A stretch of 26,738 nt of DNA from Octopus sinensis. Its lineage: Eukaryota. Shown in pieces: positions 8,853 through 18,744 of the stretch (its first letter is position 1; every line of letters begins with the position of its first letter). The DNA is taken from positions 1 to 26,738 of the forward strand of contig NW_021834121.1 in NCBI RefSeq assembly GCF_006345805.1, in the 5' to 3' direction. The notes beneath the pieces are model-generated. The model did not search any database. It was not told where the DNA came from and saw nothing but the letters and a program-made list of their open reading frames with translations. A program made the translations under genes and the position numbers.

Positions 8853-10312
8853 TTTGCAGATAGAGAGACAACCGCAGCACAAAGGACAGCGTAGCGTCCG
8901 AGTGATCAACATTCCAGCTTCCCAAATCCAACACCTACCATGACTTACCAACAAAAAACGTTTATGAGATATGTATTTAATATCCTTTCTCCCCTAGCAG
9001 GCCTGGTCATTTCCATATACAAACACTTGACAGTTCGCATCTCCTGAATCACGACTCTCAATCTTCGACTTCGATACAGATTACAACTTCAGGCGTCGAA
9101 CATTAGCAACAGCAGGACTTCCTGCTACTGTGAAAATTTATCATATTTTCCCACGTTTCATGGCGCTGACTAAGTATTTTAAGCAGTTCATCTGGGTGAG
9201 CTGTTCTTTCGCTGTTCTTGGCGATCCCTGATATATATAAATCACACAAGTAACACGAGTAAGATTATGAGGCAAAGAGAAGACAACCAAATCATGCGTG
9301 GAAGCACGTACCTGAAAAGCGTAGGAATATAAAGTAAAAAGATAACAATCAAAGGAATGTACTATGAAGATAAATAAGCACAGTATCCTGCATTTTTCTT
9401 CTCTAATATTTTTGTCTTCTTTAATACTTTTCCTTCTCTTTGATAAAGGGTATCCCCGAAATATGAGATTCAGTTCAGTCTCTTCCTTTGGCGTTTTTAT
9501 CTCCGTTGTACGCTTCATTGATTGTTGCTTTGCACGCTTTAAATTTCTACGTCTTTTAAACATTTTTTTCTTTGCCAGTTACATGCTTTCGCTATTTTGA
9601 CACCGTGTATTTATATTTGTTTGTCTCTTCCTCATGTTATTTGCATGATTATCTGTCTATTTCTATTTCTACCCTCCCCTCTCTCTCTCTCTCTTTCTAT
9701 CTCTCTGTCTTTCACTGGGTATTGGAAAAGTATGGAATGATCTCCAGTTTATAGTTGAGCTTAGAATTGTAAGGAGTGATAGTTTTTTAATTTTATTTAG
9801 GTGAGTTGAAATCACTGTTTAGAAGTTTGTGGAGTTGGTATTCATTCACTGTCGTGTACAATATCACTTCCGCTGGGTAGTTGCCATTCACTATAGGGTA
9901 CAACGTCTATTTCGTTGAGTAGTTAGGATTTTCTTCCGCCTGCTGACAGATATCGATCTTTCAGTTCTTTGGTGGTGTAGGGTTAAGATGTGAGTATTTT
10001 CCCGTTAATTTCTCTGCAACACATGGGGTTTCATTATATGTAGTATTATTTCAATAGTATTTTTTAGTAGTATTCACTGTTTAAGATTTGTAAGTGTATA
10101 TATTGATTTAAATTACATATATATTTTTTCATTCAATGATTAAAGGTAATCTGAGTTGTTTCTAAGTAACGCAAACTCGCTGGCCGTTTAATTATAATGG
10201 GTGACTTAGTCTCTATGATATGACAAGTTATTAGTTATTTATTTTAATCATAGACGCATGCATGTATGTGTGTATGTATGTATGCATGTATGTATGTATG
10301 TATGTATGTATG

Positions 10313-10341
<29 letters not shown>

Positions 10342-10344
<3 letters not shown>

Positions 10345-10780
10345 GTTAATCCAAACATGAAAGCACACAAAAAACACAACAACGCGAGGACGTGGAACAA
10401 ATATAGTATTATTGGACGCTCAGGAAAGAAGGAAAGAAGGGGGGTTTAACGTTTCGAGCGGAGCTCTTCGTCGGAAACATAGGAGAAGGAAAGATCCAGA
10501 GAAGGGAAGACGGAGAAAAAAAATCGCCAACGGTACACACGCGGTCACATTTTGAATGACCGGAAGGAAATGGGCGAAGAAAAGTTCTTTCAAAGACAGG
10601 AGAGTGCAAGAGGAGGTATGTGTGTGTAAGTGTGGATATGTGCGTGCGCGAAGGTCTGCGTGTGCATGTGAGTGTATGTGTGTATGTGTGCAATGATAAC
10701 ACGTGTGTGTGTGTGCGTGTGTGTGTGTGTGTGGTTGTGGCTGTTAATCTTTGCGTGTTGTAAGGCTTAGTATTGTTTAA
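10342..10780 (-). mobile_element. Hammerhead-bearing dispersed repeat, family P2 (longer copy)
   Basis: 10342-10535 is homologous to 6403-6600. It begins after a (TATG)n tract and continues into a GT-rich segment. Confidence 0.7.
10444..10478 (-). ncRNA. Candidate minimal hammerhead ribozyme, CCGACGA (U4C) core
   Basis: GUUU-CCGACGA-A-GAGC[UCC]GCUC-GAAAC-GUU-AAAC. Stems I and II are perfect, with one core substitution. Confidence 0.55.
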
Positions 10781-10813
10781 GGTCAAGGAAGAATAAATAT
10801 ATATATATATATA

Positions 10814-10885
10814 TTAAACTTCAAAAATCAAATTTATATATGTGTTGTTTGTAAGACATATATACATTTAATTTTTGAAGTTTAA
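10814..10885. repeat. 30-bp-arm fold-back hairpin abutting a (TA)n tract
   Basis: 10814-10843 versus 10856-10885 pair at 28/30 positions (outer 15 bp perfect) around a 12-nt loop. Confidence 0.85.
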
Positions 10886-11348
10886 CTTCATTTCCTTTTA
10901 CATTTTATTGTTTTACTTTTAATAAACACTTTCTTTGGTTAGAATATTTTATAGTATTGAACTTGTTTCGTAAAAATTGATCTAAGCTTGTCCTTTTACT
11001 TGTATATTGTTCAAGAACGTTGTTTAGGAGATGTACTGTTTCACTAGCCTATACTAGGCTTGTTTTTAATGTGTCATGTTTGTGATGTGATGTTGATTGA
11101 GAAGCAAACAACCTAATTGTCTACCTTTGTTGTATTGTCTGAATGTCCTTTTTGGACTTAGTTCTTTGTTGCAAATAATATTTTGGAGCTATAATTTATC
11201 ACTATTTGTTTACTCTTATGTTGTTATTCGTAGTAAGAAGCTGGTGGATTCCCAGGCAGCGCTTGTTAGTTTTAAAGAAGCCATGGATGTTGTAGCATGG
11301 AAATCTGTATTTGCTTATGGAGACAGCAATTGAGTATCGCCTGAGGAG

Positions 11349-11439
11349 ATACATACAGATCTTCTTATACAGGTAAATCGTTAAATAATTTAATTTTGAT
11401 TTAACTTTAAATCCTGTATATACGAGGATCTGTATGTAT
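11349..11439. repeat. Imperfect ~90-nt hairpin
   Basis: ATACATACAGATC...TATACAGG pairs with CCTGTATA...GATCTGTATGTAT, plus an inner GTTAAAT/ATTTAAC pair. Confidence 0.75.
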
Positions 11440-11602
11440 TGAAACATACGTAGTGATTAAAAAAGCTGCTTAACCGTATTTACTCTTCCTTTTGACTCTT
11501 ACTTTTTACTTTTACTCTTTTGAATGAGCTCTATCTGTGCTCTAATACGTTCTTAACAGAACACAACTCAACTGACTATACACACACACACACACACGCA
11601 CA

Positions 11603-11649
<47 letters not shown>

Positions 11650-11966
11650 GTGTGTATATAGTATATTGAGTCACAAAACTAGCGTAAATTTTAACAAATT
11701 TAAAGCTACAATCCCGATACGTATTTTTTTTCTTATCTTGGCAATAGCTACGCGTTGCCTACATCCACTTCGCGCCTTGTTTGTCCGTGCGCAGATTCAA
11801 CTGACCTTGATTTTCATAAATATCAACATACCTTGCGTCATTTTCTCACTCGCTACCTCTCTTTATGATCGCTCCAAATCAAATGATCCGGGTTTGCTAC
11901 TAACTTTTATCAAACAGTTATTCCTCTGACTTCACTGCTCTAGTTCTTTCATGTCTTCATAAACAA

Positions 11967-12310
11967 GCAGCTGAAATGGAATTCCACTGAAGGGTCTCCA
12001 GGATGGATGCATAGCTCAGACGTCAGAGAGTTTCTCTATGTCGAGCCGTTACTGCTTCGTACTGCGAGGTCACAAATCCGATACTTTGGACACGTGACTA
12101 GAATGTTGCGGATTCTTCAAGTCGAACCAGTCGCCAGGAGACCCGGGGATAGAGCAAAAACGAGATGATGGGATAATATCCACTGTGTCAGTTGTCACAC
12201 TTAGGAATCCAACCAGACAGTTTGCTTGTGATAGGACACTATGGAAGCAGTACCTGAAGACTATATCCTCATGACTCTCTCAGAAAAGCGGGCGGCGGAA
12301 ATCGATGGAT
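11967..12310 (+). mobile_element. RTE-clade LINE, 3' ORF fragment
   Basis: AAEMEF..., then SSDVREFLYVEPLLLRTARSQIRYFGHVTRMLRILQVEPVARRPGDRAKTR*WDNI, then CDRTLWKQYLK. This matches the RTE C-terminal pattern (AAEM.FLR, VEPLLL.I.R.QLRWFGHV.RM, GRP.TRW.D, DR..W). Confidence 0.88.
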
Positions 12311-12324
12311 AGCTGTATGCTCAA

Positions 12325-12670
12325 GGAGCTACACCGATAAATATCCGATCTGAAGTGGTGTCTAAAATGGAATGGCTGTTTTCTGAGTGACTTGACTGCG
12401 GGCAGGAGTAATATACTAATAAGTACGATGACCATTCAAGCGAAAAACAAAATTTTTGATGCCTATGTGCAGAAAGTTAGAAATGTAATTTCTGATACAA
12501 AATCTTATTGATAGTTAAAGTCTGGTTTGAAACGTTTAAGAGCTGTATTAATTTGCGCAATATTAAAATGACCGTTTAAGATGTCAGTGCTGATCTAGCA
12601 GTCGATATTAATTATCCAGCGGAACTGAAGAAAATTATATCTGAAAGAGGCTATAAACAAGAATATTATT
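12325..12670 (+). mobile_element. Tigger-like (pogo family) transposase fragment: CENP-B HTH to start of DDE
   Basis: KMEWLFSE*LD, ILISTMTIQAKNKIFD, WFETFKSCINLRNIKMTV*DVSADLAVDINYPAELKKIISERGYKQE. This matches Tigger WF..FK.R..L.N.K..GE.ASAD...A..FP.ELKKII.EGGY. Confidence 0.85.
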
Positions 12671-12849
12671 AATAACTTAGTCCAAAATATATAATTAAGA
12701 ATGTTTTATAAATTTCCTGTTGACTTAGACGCTACGTTTTGCCTAGGCTTCCTGAATAAAACGTTAGGAGAAGCTTAAATTTCCATTCAACATGATATTT
12801 ACAATAAATTTTACTCTACCTTTCCTATTCAGTATTCCATCAGTAACTC

Positions 12850-13249
12850 TTCTTTTTTTATTTTATTCGTTTCAGTCATTTGACTGCCGTCATGCTGGAG
12901 CACCGCCTTTTGTAGAGCAAATCGACCCCAGGACTTATTCTTTGTAAGCCGAGTACTTACTTTATCGGTCCCTTTTTGCCGAATCGCTAAGTTACAGGGA
13001 CGTAAATACACCAGCATCGGTTGTCAAGCGATGTTGGGGGGGGGACAAACACACACACACACATACACACACACACATACACACACACATACACACACAC
13101 ATACACACACACATACACACAAATCCACTCACAAGGCCTTGGTCGGCCCGAGGCTACAGTAGAAGACACTTGCCCAAGGTACCACGTAGTGGGACTGAAC
13201 CCGGAACCATGTGGTTGGTAAGCAAGCATCTTACCACACAGCCACTCCC
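12850..13249 (-). mobile_element. Full-length tRNA-derived SINE, family A
   Basis: Head GGAGTGGCTGTGTGGTAAG...GGTTCCGGGTTCAGTCCC (A/B boxes), an internal (TG)n tract, and tail GGCGGTGCTCCAGCATGACGGCAGTCAAATGACTGAAAC followed by an A-rich end. Confidence 0.92.
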
Positions 13250-13254
13250 CTATT

Positions 13255-13633
13255 ATTCTTTACCTGTTTCAGTCATTGGATTGTGGCCATGCTGGGACAC
13301 TACACTGAAAGTTTAGAAGAACAAATCGACCCCAGTACATATATTTTAAAATCTGATACTTATTCTATATGCCACTTTTTGTCGAACCGCTAAGTTACAG
13401 GGACGTAAATAAACCAACAACGGTTGTCAAGTGGTAGTAGGAGGACAAACACTCATATATTATATATATATACGACGGGCTTATTTCAGTTTCCGTTTAT
13501 CAAATCCACTCAAAAGGCTTTGGTCAGCACGGTGCTATATTAGAAAACAGTTACACGAGATACTGCACAGTGGGACTGAACTCAGAACCACGTGGTTGGG
13601 AAGAAAGCTTCTTATCACTTAGCCACGCCTGCA
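13255..13633 (-). mobile_element. Second, more diverged full-length family-A SINE, in tandem with the first
   Basis: Same head, body and tail order. The internal microsatellite is (TA)-type. Confidence 0.88.
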
Positions 13634-13659
13634 CCAATATTCAATTGTTATTTTAAACG

Positions 13660-13800
13660 GGCTTCAAAAGTATAATCTTAATTTAACGTTATCTAAGTAT
13701 CAGAAAAATTATCTCGAAGAGTAGGTATTCCTAAAGAAAATTCCAACAACTGCTTGAAACAATTGTACAATGTTGATGAAACTCAACTTTCCCAAAGCAT
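13660..13800 (+). mobile_element. pogo-family transposase fragment
   Basis: NGLQKYNLNLTL..EKLSRRVGIPKENS...QLYNVDETQLS resembles pogo W..GF.KR...LSLR.PE..S..RA...KE.. and IYN.DETG. Confidence 0.55.
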
Positions 13801-13879
13801 GTACATGTTAGAATATTTTTGGTATTTAAAAAAAAAAAATAGGTAGGTTGCTTGTATGTTATATTTCTCTTTCGGAAAA

Positions 13880-14290
13880 TTCCGTAGGAACACATCTCAA
13901 TTTATTAATTTGAAAGACCAACGCTCGTCACGAACAGGACGTCACTGTGCTGTCCCCACTGTGCCGACTGGTTCTTCTCGGGCAAGGACGATGTACAGCA
14001 ATAGCTTGGGTTTCAAGGGCCCACAGCTGCTTAACTGTCTGCCGAAGCATCTGAGGAGCCTCCATGGAGTGGATGTAGAAGTTTTCAAACGTGAATTTGA
14101 CCACTGGCTCGCCGTGATCCCGGATTAGTCAATATTTAAGCAAGAAACTCAAAAGAGGGCAGTAGCATCGAACTTCATCCTTCAACAAAAGCCGCTCCGA
14201 CAAAGGTGGAAAGTGGAAAGATGATTACAATGGCGGTGCTCCAGCATGGCCACAGTCATTGGACTGAAACATATAAAAGAATAAAGAATA
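13880..14290 (+). mobile_element. CR1/L2-group LINE 3' end (ORF2 C-terminus, 3' UTR and tail)
   Basis: RTGRHCAVP...YSNSLGFKGPQLLNCLPKHLRSLHGVDVEVFKREFDHWLAVIPD matches the CR1/L2 C-terminal motif (GP.L.N.LP..LR....FK..LD). It ends in GGCGGTGCTCCAGCATGGCCACAGTCATTGGACTGAAAC and an A-rich tail. Confidence 0.85.
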
Positions 14291-14299
14291 TATATATAA

Positions 14300-14365
<66 letters not shown>

Positions 14366-14443
14366 ATATATATATATATATTATATTTACATATATACAT
14401 ATACAATATATATCCATATATTACACGCATGTATGTATCTATG

Positions 14444-14486
<43 letters not shown>

Positions 14487-14490
<4 letters not shown>

Positions 14491-14672
14491 GAAATTTATA
14501 GAAAAACAAGAGACGAAGACATGTGTATGAACAACAAGCAAATGTATTAGTTTGACGCTCGGGAAAATGAAAGTCTTCTACGTTTCGTGCATACGCTCTT
14601 CAACAGAAAGATATAGAGGAAAATAAACAAAGAGAGAATAAAAAAAATCTTATAGATTTCAGCGGTCCAGCA
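14487..14672 (-). mobile_element. Hammerhead-bearing dispersed repeat, family P1 (second copy)
   Basis: Homologous to 5430-5590. TA tracts flank both sides. Confidence 0.65.
14574..14611 (-). ncRNA. Candidate minimal hammerhead ribozyme, CUGUUGA (A6U) core, GUA site
   Basis: UCUUU-CUGUUGA-A-GAGC[GUAU]GCAC-GAAAC-GUA-GAAGA. Stem I has 5 bp with one U.G pair, and stem II has one mismatch. Confidence 0.5.
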
Positions 14673-14692
14673 TATATATGCATGTATGCATG

Positions 14693-14751
<59 letters not shown>

Positions 14752-14823
14752 TCGGTCTGTCTATCTCTGTCTCTCTGTCTCTCTGTCTGTCTCTTTCTCT
14801 GTCTGTCTCTCTCTCTTGGAAAC

Positions 14824-14960
14824 GCACCAACATCGGTTGTCAAGTGATAGTGGGGGGGGGGACAAATACATACAGTTTCCGTCTACCAAATCCACTCACA
14901 AGGCCCTTGGATATAGTAGAAGACACTTGCTCCAGGTGCCACACAACCATTCCTGCACCT
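14824..14960 (-). mobile_element. Family-A SINE fragment with internal deletions
   Basis: CATCGGTTGTCAAG, GTTTCCGTCTACCAAATCCACTCACAAGG and TAGTAGAAGACACTTGC motifs are shared with the full copies. Confidence 0.85.
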
Positions 14961-14968
14961 ATATATAA

Positions 14969-15313
14969 AGGGTAAGGGTAAAGACCCCCTTCGGTCATGA
15001 ATGACCATGGGATTGCACCTAGAAAGTTACCCTCCTAGACACAAGTCCGGGCAAGGTTGTTTATGGAAGGCCAGCAGTCGCCCATGCATACCAGCCTCCC
15101 CTCTCCACACCACCAGTGTTATCCAAGGGAAAGGCAAAGGGGCCGATACAGCGTGGCACCAGTGACGTCGCAACTCATTTCTACAGCTGAGTGAACTGGA
15201 GCAACGTGAAATAAAGGGCCTTGCTCAAGAACACAACACGCAGCCCGGTCCGGGATTCGAGCTCACAACCTCACGATCGTAAGCTCGACGCTCTAACCAC
15301 TGAGCCATGCGTC
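14969..15313 (-). mobile_element. Full-length tRNA-derived SINE, family D
   Basis: Head GCATGGCTCAGTGGTTAGAGCGTCGAGCTTACGATCGTGAGGTTGTGAGCTCGAATCCC, body GTGTTCTTGAGCAAGG...CCAGTTCACTCAGCTGTAGAAATGAG, and a (TTTACC)-type tail. Confidence 0.88.
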
Positions 15314-15323
15314 TTTCCTACCT

Positions 15324-15466
15324 TAAACTGGAATTGTGTATCTTACAACTTATGCAACAAGCATCACTTTGGTATGAAACTTCGCAGTCCATATACGTGT
15401 ATAAGAAAGCGACAATGGCTTAACTGGCAGAAACTTCGAAGAAACAACATTATATCTATCTATTTA

Positions 15467-15523
<57 letters not shown>

Positions 15524-15598
15524 ATATATATTATATATATATAATATATATATATATATATTATATATAGAAGAGGAGAGAAGAGAGAGAGAGAGAGA

Positions 15599-15630
<32 letters not shown>

Positions 15631-15769
15631 TAAATAGATATAATGTTGTTTCTTCGAAGTTTCTGCCAGTTAAGCCATTGACGCTTTCTTATACACGTAT
15701 ATGGACTGCGAAGTTTCATACCAAAGTGATGCTTGTTGCATAAGTTGTAAGATACACAATTCCAGTTTA
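15324..15769. repeat. 136-bp near-perfect inverted repeat with a microsatellite spacer
   Basis: 15324-15459 versus 15634-15769 have one mismatch. The adjacent (TATC)/(TCTG) and (GATA)/(GACA) tracts extend the symmetry inwards. Confidence 0.95.
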
Positions 15770-15867
15770 GCTAATCTTCAGAAGAAGTGTTGGTTTCTGA
15801 GAATACACACACACACACACACCACACACACACACACACACACACTAACACACACACACACACAGAC

Positions 15868-15914
<47 letters not shown>

Positions 15915-16092
15915 CACATACACGAGAACTGGGGAAAACAAATCTCAGCGTTCATCAGGAAGGTAGTTGGAAAAGGTAAAACTACGGGTTTTTGCCACTG
16001 GAAGTCAGAAAGTATCACTTCCAGTTTGTGGGTGTCGTAATGAAATAGAAAATAAAATTGTGGGAGAAACCGAGAGAGGAAACCTTGAGTTC

Positions 16093-16885
16093 AATTATGG
16101 ACATAACCTACTAAATCTACCAATCTTCATTTTTAACCCCTTGATAATTATTTAGCCTACATGACAATAATATTTAAGCTTCAAGAATTACTCCAACAAC
16201 TTCTCAAAATGTTCTCTGCAATATAATCAACAAAATAAAGCACATAAATAACATTTGATAAGCTAAAACACAAAAGATCTTTGAATATAAGCAAACATAT
16301 ATATTGCCAACTTATATATTAAATTTGATTTCAAACAGATACAGAAAAAATACTTATTTTTCTATGTTAAATGAAGTAAACACATCAATAGAATATAGCT
16401 ACTAATCTTTAATGTGAAAGACAGAAAAGATATCTTAATCCTACAGAAGCCTTACATCACTCTAAAAAATCACAAATTTAATTTGTCCAACTACCCGTCT
16501 ATTACAGTTATTAATCCTTTAAAACTGACATCAAGACGTGAGTAAATCTATAATTGATTAATATATTCTTGAGTATGTTTTATTTCTAGTTTGATAAATG
16601 TGGCTGTTCTTCATCTCTTTCTAAATATATCCTTATCGATTCTATTAATTTTGCGAATAGTATCACCATTTTCCCAACAAACCAGCTAAAATTGAGACAA
16701 TACTCCAAGTTAAAAAAAAGTCATATTCCCTTTTAACTAGTATTTTGCCTTTGATAAAAAAGCAAAATACTAGTTATTTTGACTTGAGTATGGAAACAAA
16801 GGATTCTGCGGAATTAAGTACCTTAGATGCATCACTTATAATAAGGTCACTATATGAAAGATCCTTTTCATACCTGACGCTATAC
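16093..16885 (+). pseudogene. Penelope-like element reverse transcriptase remnant, N-terminal part up to the LY of the YxDD motif
   Basis: With frameshifts: NNI*-FKNYSNNF, KPYITLKNHKFNLSNYPSITVINPFKTD, DSINFANSIT, ETILQVKKKS, FDLSMETKDSAELSTLDASLIIRSLYERSFSYLTLY. These are collinear with PLE RT motifs (ITLKDHK...RLINP.K; A.NFA; FDV.MG..DGAE..EL.G.Y.L...LY). Confidence 0.8.
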
Positions 16886-16894
16886 ATATGTATA

Positions 16895-17133
16895 CAAAGT
16901 GACCCTAAAAAGTAGGTTTACAGTTATTCAACTATCTCTTTCGCATTCCTATATTAACAGTTTAGATCTTAATTATAAAAAAATATGAAACCATTATTCT
17001 ATGCTAATTTAGGTAATTATTTCAGGCTCCCTTTTCAGTTTATAAGATAGAAATTTAAATGCAATAAAATGTTTTAACGAAATTTAAAGTACCTACGTAA
17101 TATAACTGTAAGCCTACATTTGGGGCCACCCTG
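16895..17133. mobile_element. Tc1/mariner-type MITE (239 bp, TA-flanked)
   Basis: Left end CAAAGTGACCCTAAAAAGTAGGTTTACAGTTA versus reverse-complemented right end CAGGGTGGCCCCAAATGTAGGCTTACAGTTA. TA lies immediately outside both ends. Confidence 0.8.
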
Positions 17134-17283
17134 TATATATATATATATAAATGAAAGGATGGAGTCGAACGACGATTTAACAAAATTCCTTTATTCTCGA
17201 CATATTTCTGACGTAAATTTGCTACCCGGGTATCGGTTAACCGAATTATCCATACTAGGATAATTCATTCAACTACTTAAACA

Positions 17284-17360
<77 letters not shown>

Positions 17361-17364
<4 letters not shown>

Positions 17365-17650
17365 ACACAACAGTTTAATTATCCTCTGAAATTTCAACAA
17401 ACCTGAAAACTTCTGAAAAGTTTCCACTAATTTTTAAAGTGCTAAAATTTAATATCACAGTCGATCCCCATTAATAATAATAATCCGATTTCTTAGATAT
17501 CACCTTAAACTCAGATAAAATAATACATTGCTTCTATGAAAATTCCTATAAAACAACTGCAATATTTGCACAAACTATCTAACCACCCAAAGAATATCAT
17601 TTATAACTCAATCCAAAGTATATAATTAAGAATACATTGTAAATTTCCAC
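17361..17650 (+). pseudogene. Penelope-like RT remnant, C-terminal part
   Basis: KD-NSLIIL (degenerate RDDGL), IFKVLKFNITVD, DFLDITLN, YLHKLSNHPKNII. This matches PLE RT IFK..GL.ITI, .FLD.TL and Y....SNHP..II. Confidence 0.8.
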
Positions 17651-17764
17651 TTGGCAGTGACTATGAATTTCAACTGATGGCATATTCAACCAGGCTGGCA
17701 GAAGTTCCATTCAACACGATATTTACAATATATATATGACTCTGCGTTCAGTACTAAGCATCCC

Positions 17765-17765
17765 G

Positions 17766-17839
<74 letters not shown>

Positions 17840-17925
17840 CCATCGTCGTCATCGTCGTCGTTGTCGTCGTCGTCGTCATCATCATCATCGTTATCATCAT
17901 CATCATATTCATAATCATCATCATT
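17765..17925. repeat. (ATC)n/(GTC)n microsatellite
   Basis: Directly visible. It explains the poly-His and poly-Asp ORFs. Confidence 0.95.
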
Positions 17926-17927
17926 AG

Positions 17928-18121
17928 TAAGGCGGCAAGGTGGCACGCTAGGAAAAATGCTTAGATGCATTTCGTCCGTCTTTACGTTCTGAGCTCAAAT
18001 TCCACCGAGGTCGACTTTGCCTTTCATCCTTTTGGGGTCAATAAAATAGGTACCAGTTACGCATTGGGGTCGATCTAATCAACTAGCCCTTCCCCAAAAT
18101 TTCAAGCCTTTAGTAGAAAGG
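17928..18121 (+). mobile_element. SINE family B ending in an (ATT)n tail
   Basis: TTACGTTCTGAGCTCAAATTCCACCGAGGTCGACTTTGCCTTTCATCC...GTACCAGTTACGCATTGGGGTCGAT...TAGTAGAAAGG followed by (ATT)n. Confidence 0.88.
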
Positions 18122-18187
<66 letters not shown>

Positions 18188-18645
18188 GAGTGAGAGAGTA
18201 GTGCATGCCATCAAAGTGACACTGGGGTAAAATATACGAAGCCCAGTATACTTATCATGACTACACCAGGTACATGCATCACAACCATATGTGCGCGACA
18301 TGGTGATCTCATATCAAGATAAACAGCGCATGATCTTGCAGGTGGGACCCAGTTAGAATCTTCTTCAGGTCAAGTAGCCCATCTCGCTCAAAAGGTCCCA
18401 AAATAAGAGTTGTTTAAGGATTTTGAATGAAACACCCATGTTTCCAGAGGGGAATTATTCAGACCCTAAAGAATTCCTCTCAACATATGGCTATGATGCT
18501 CCCTCACTACTTCTGCTCGTGATCAGAGATGCACCTATCGTCAGCCACTCAAGGACATACTCAACTGGTTAAGGTCAAACAACTGACAAGCAAATCTGTG
18601 GTATTGAGCAGAATATTTGCTGTAGCCCATCTTTTATACCAAGAA
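18188..18645 (-). mobile_element. Unclassified dispersed repeat (family E), 5'-truncated, with an (AAT)n tail on the minus strand
   Basis: Collinear homolog of 21348-21790. No ORF and no tRNA head. (ATT)n lies on both sides. Confidence 0.8.
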
Positions 18646-18717
<72 letters not shown>

Positions 18718-18744
18718 CATCATCATCATCATCATCACCATAGC

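Noticed and set aside
9141-9600. 140-aa minus and 78-aa plus ORFs
   Set aside because: Compositionally biased, with no recognisable motif and no convincing exon pair.
17686-17970. Poly-His and poly-Asp ORFs (also poly-Asn/Ile/Leu/Tyr at 18110-18870, 21044-21346 and 21710-22057)
   Set aside because: They are translations of (ATC)n and (ATT)n arrays.
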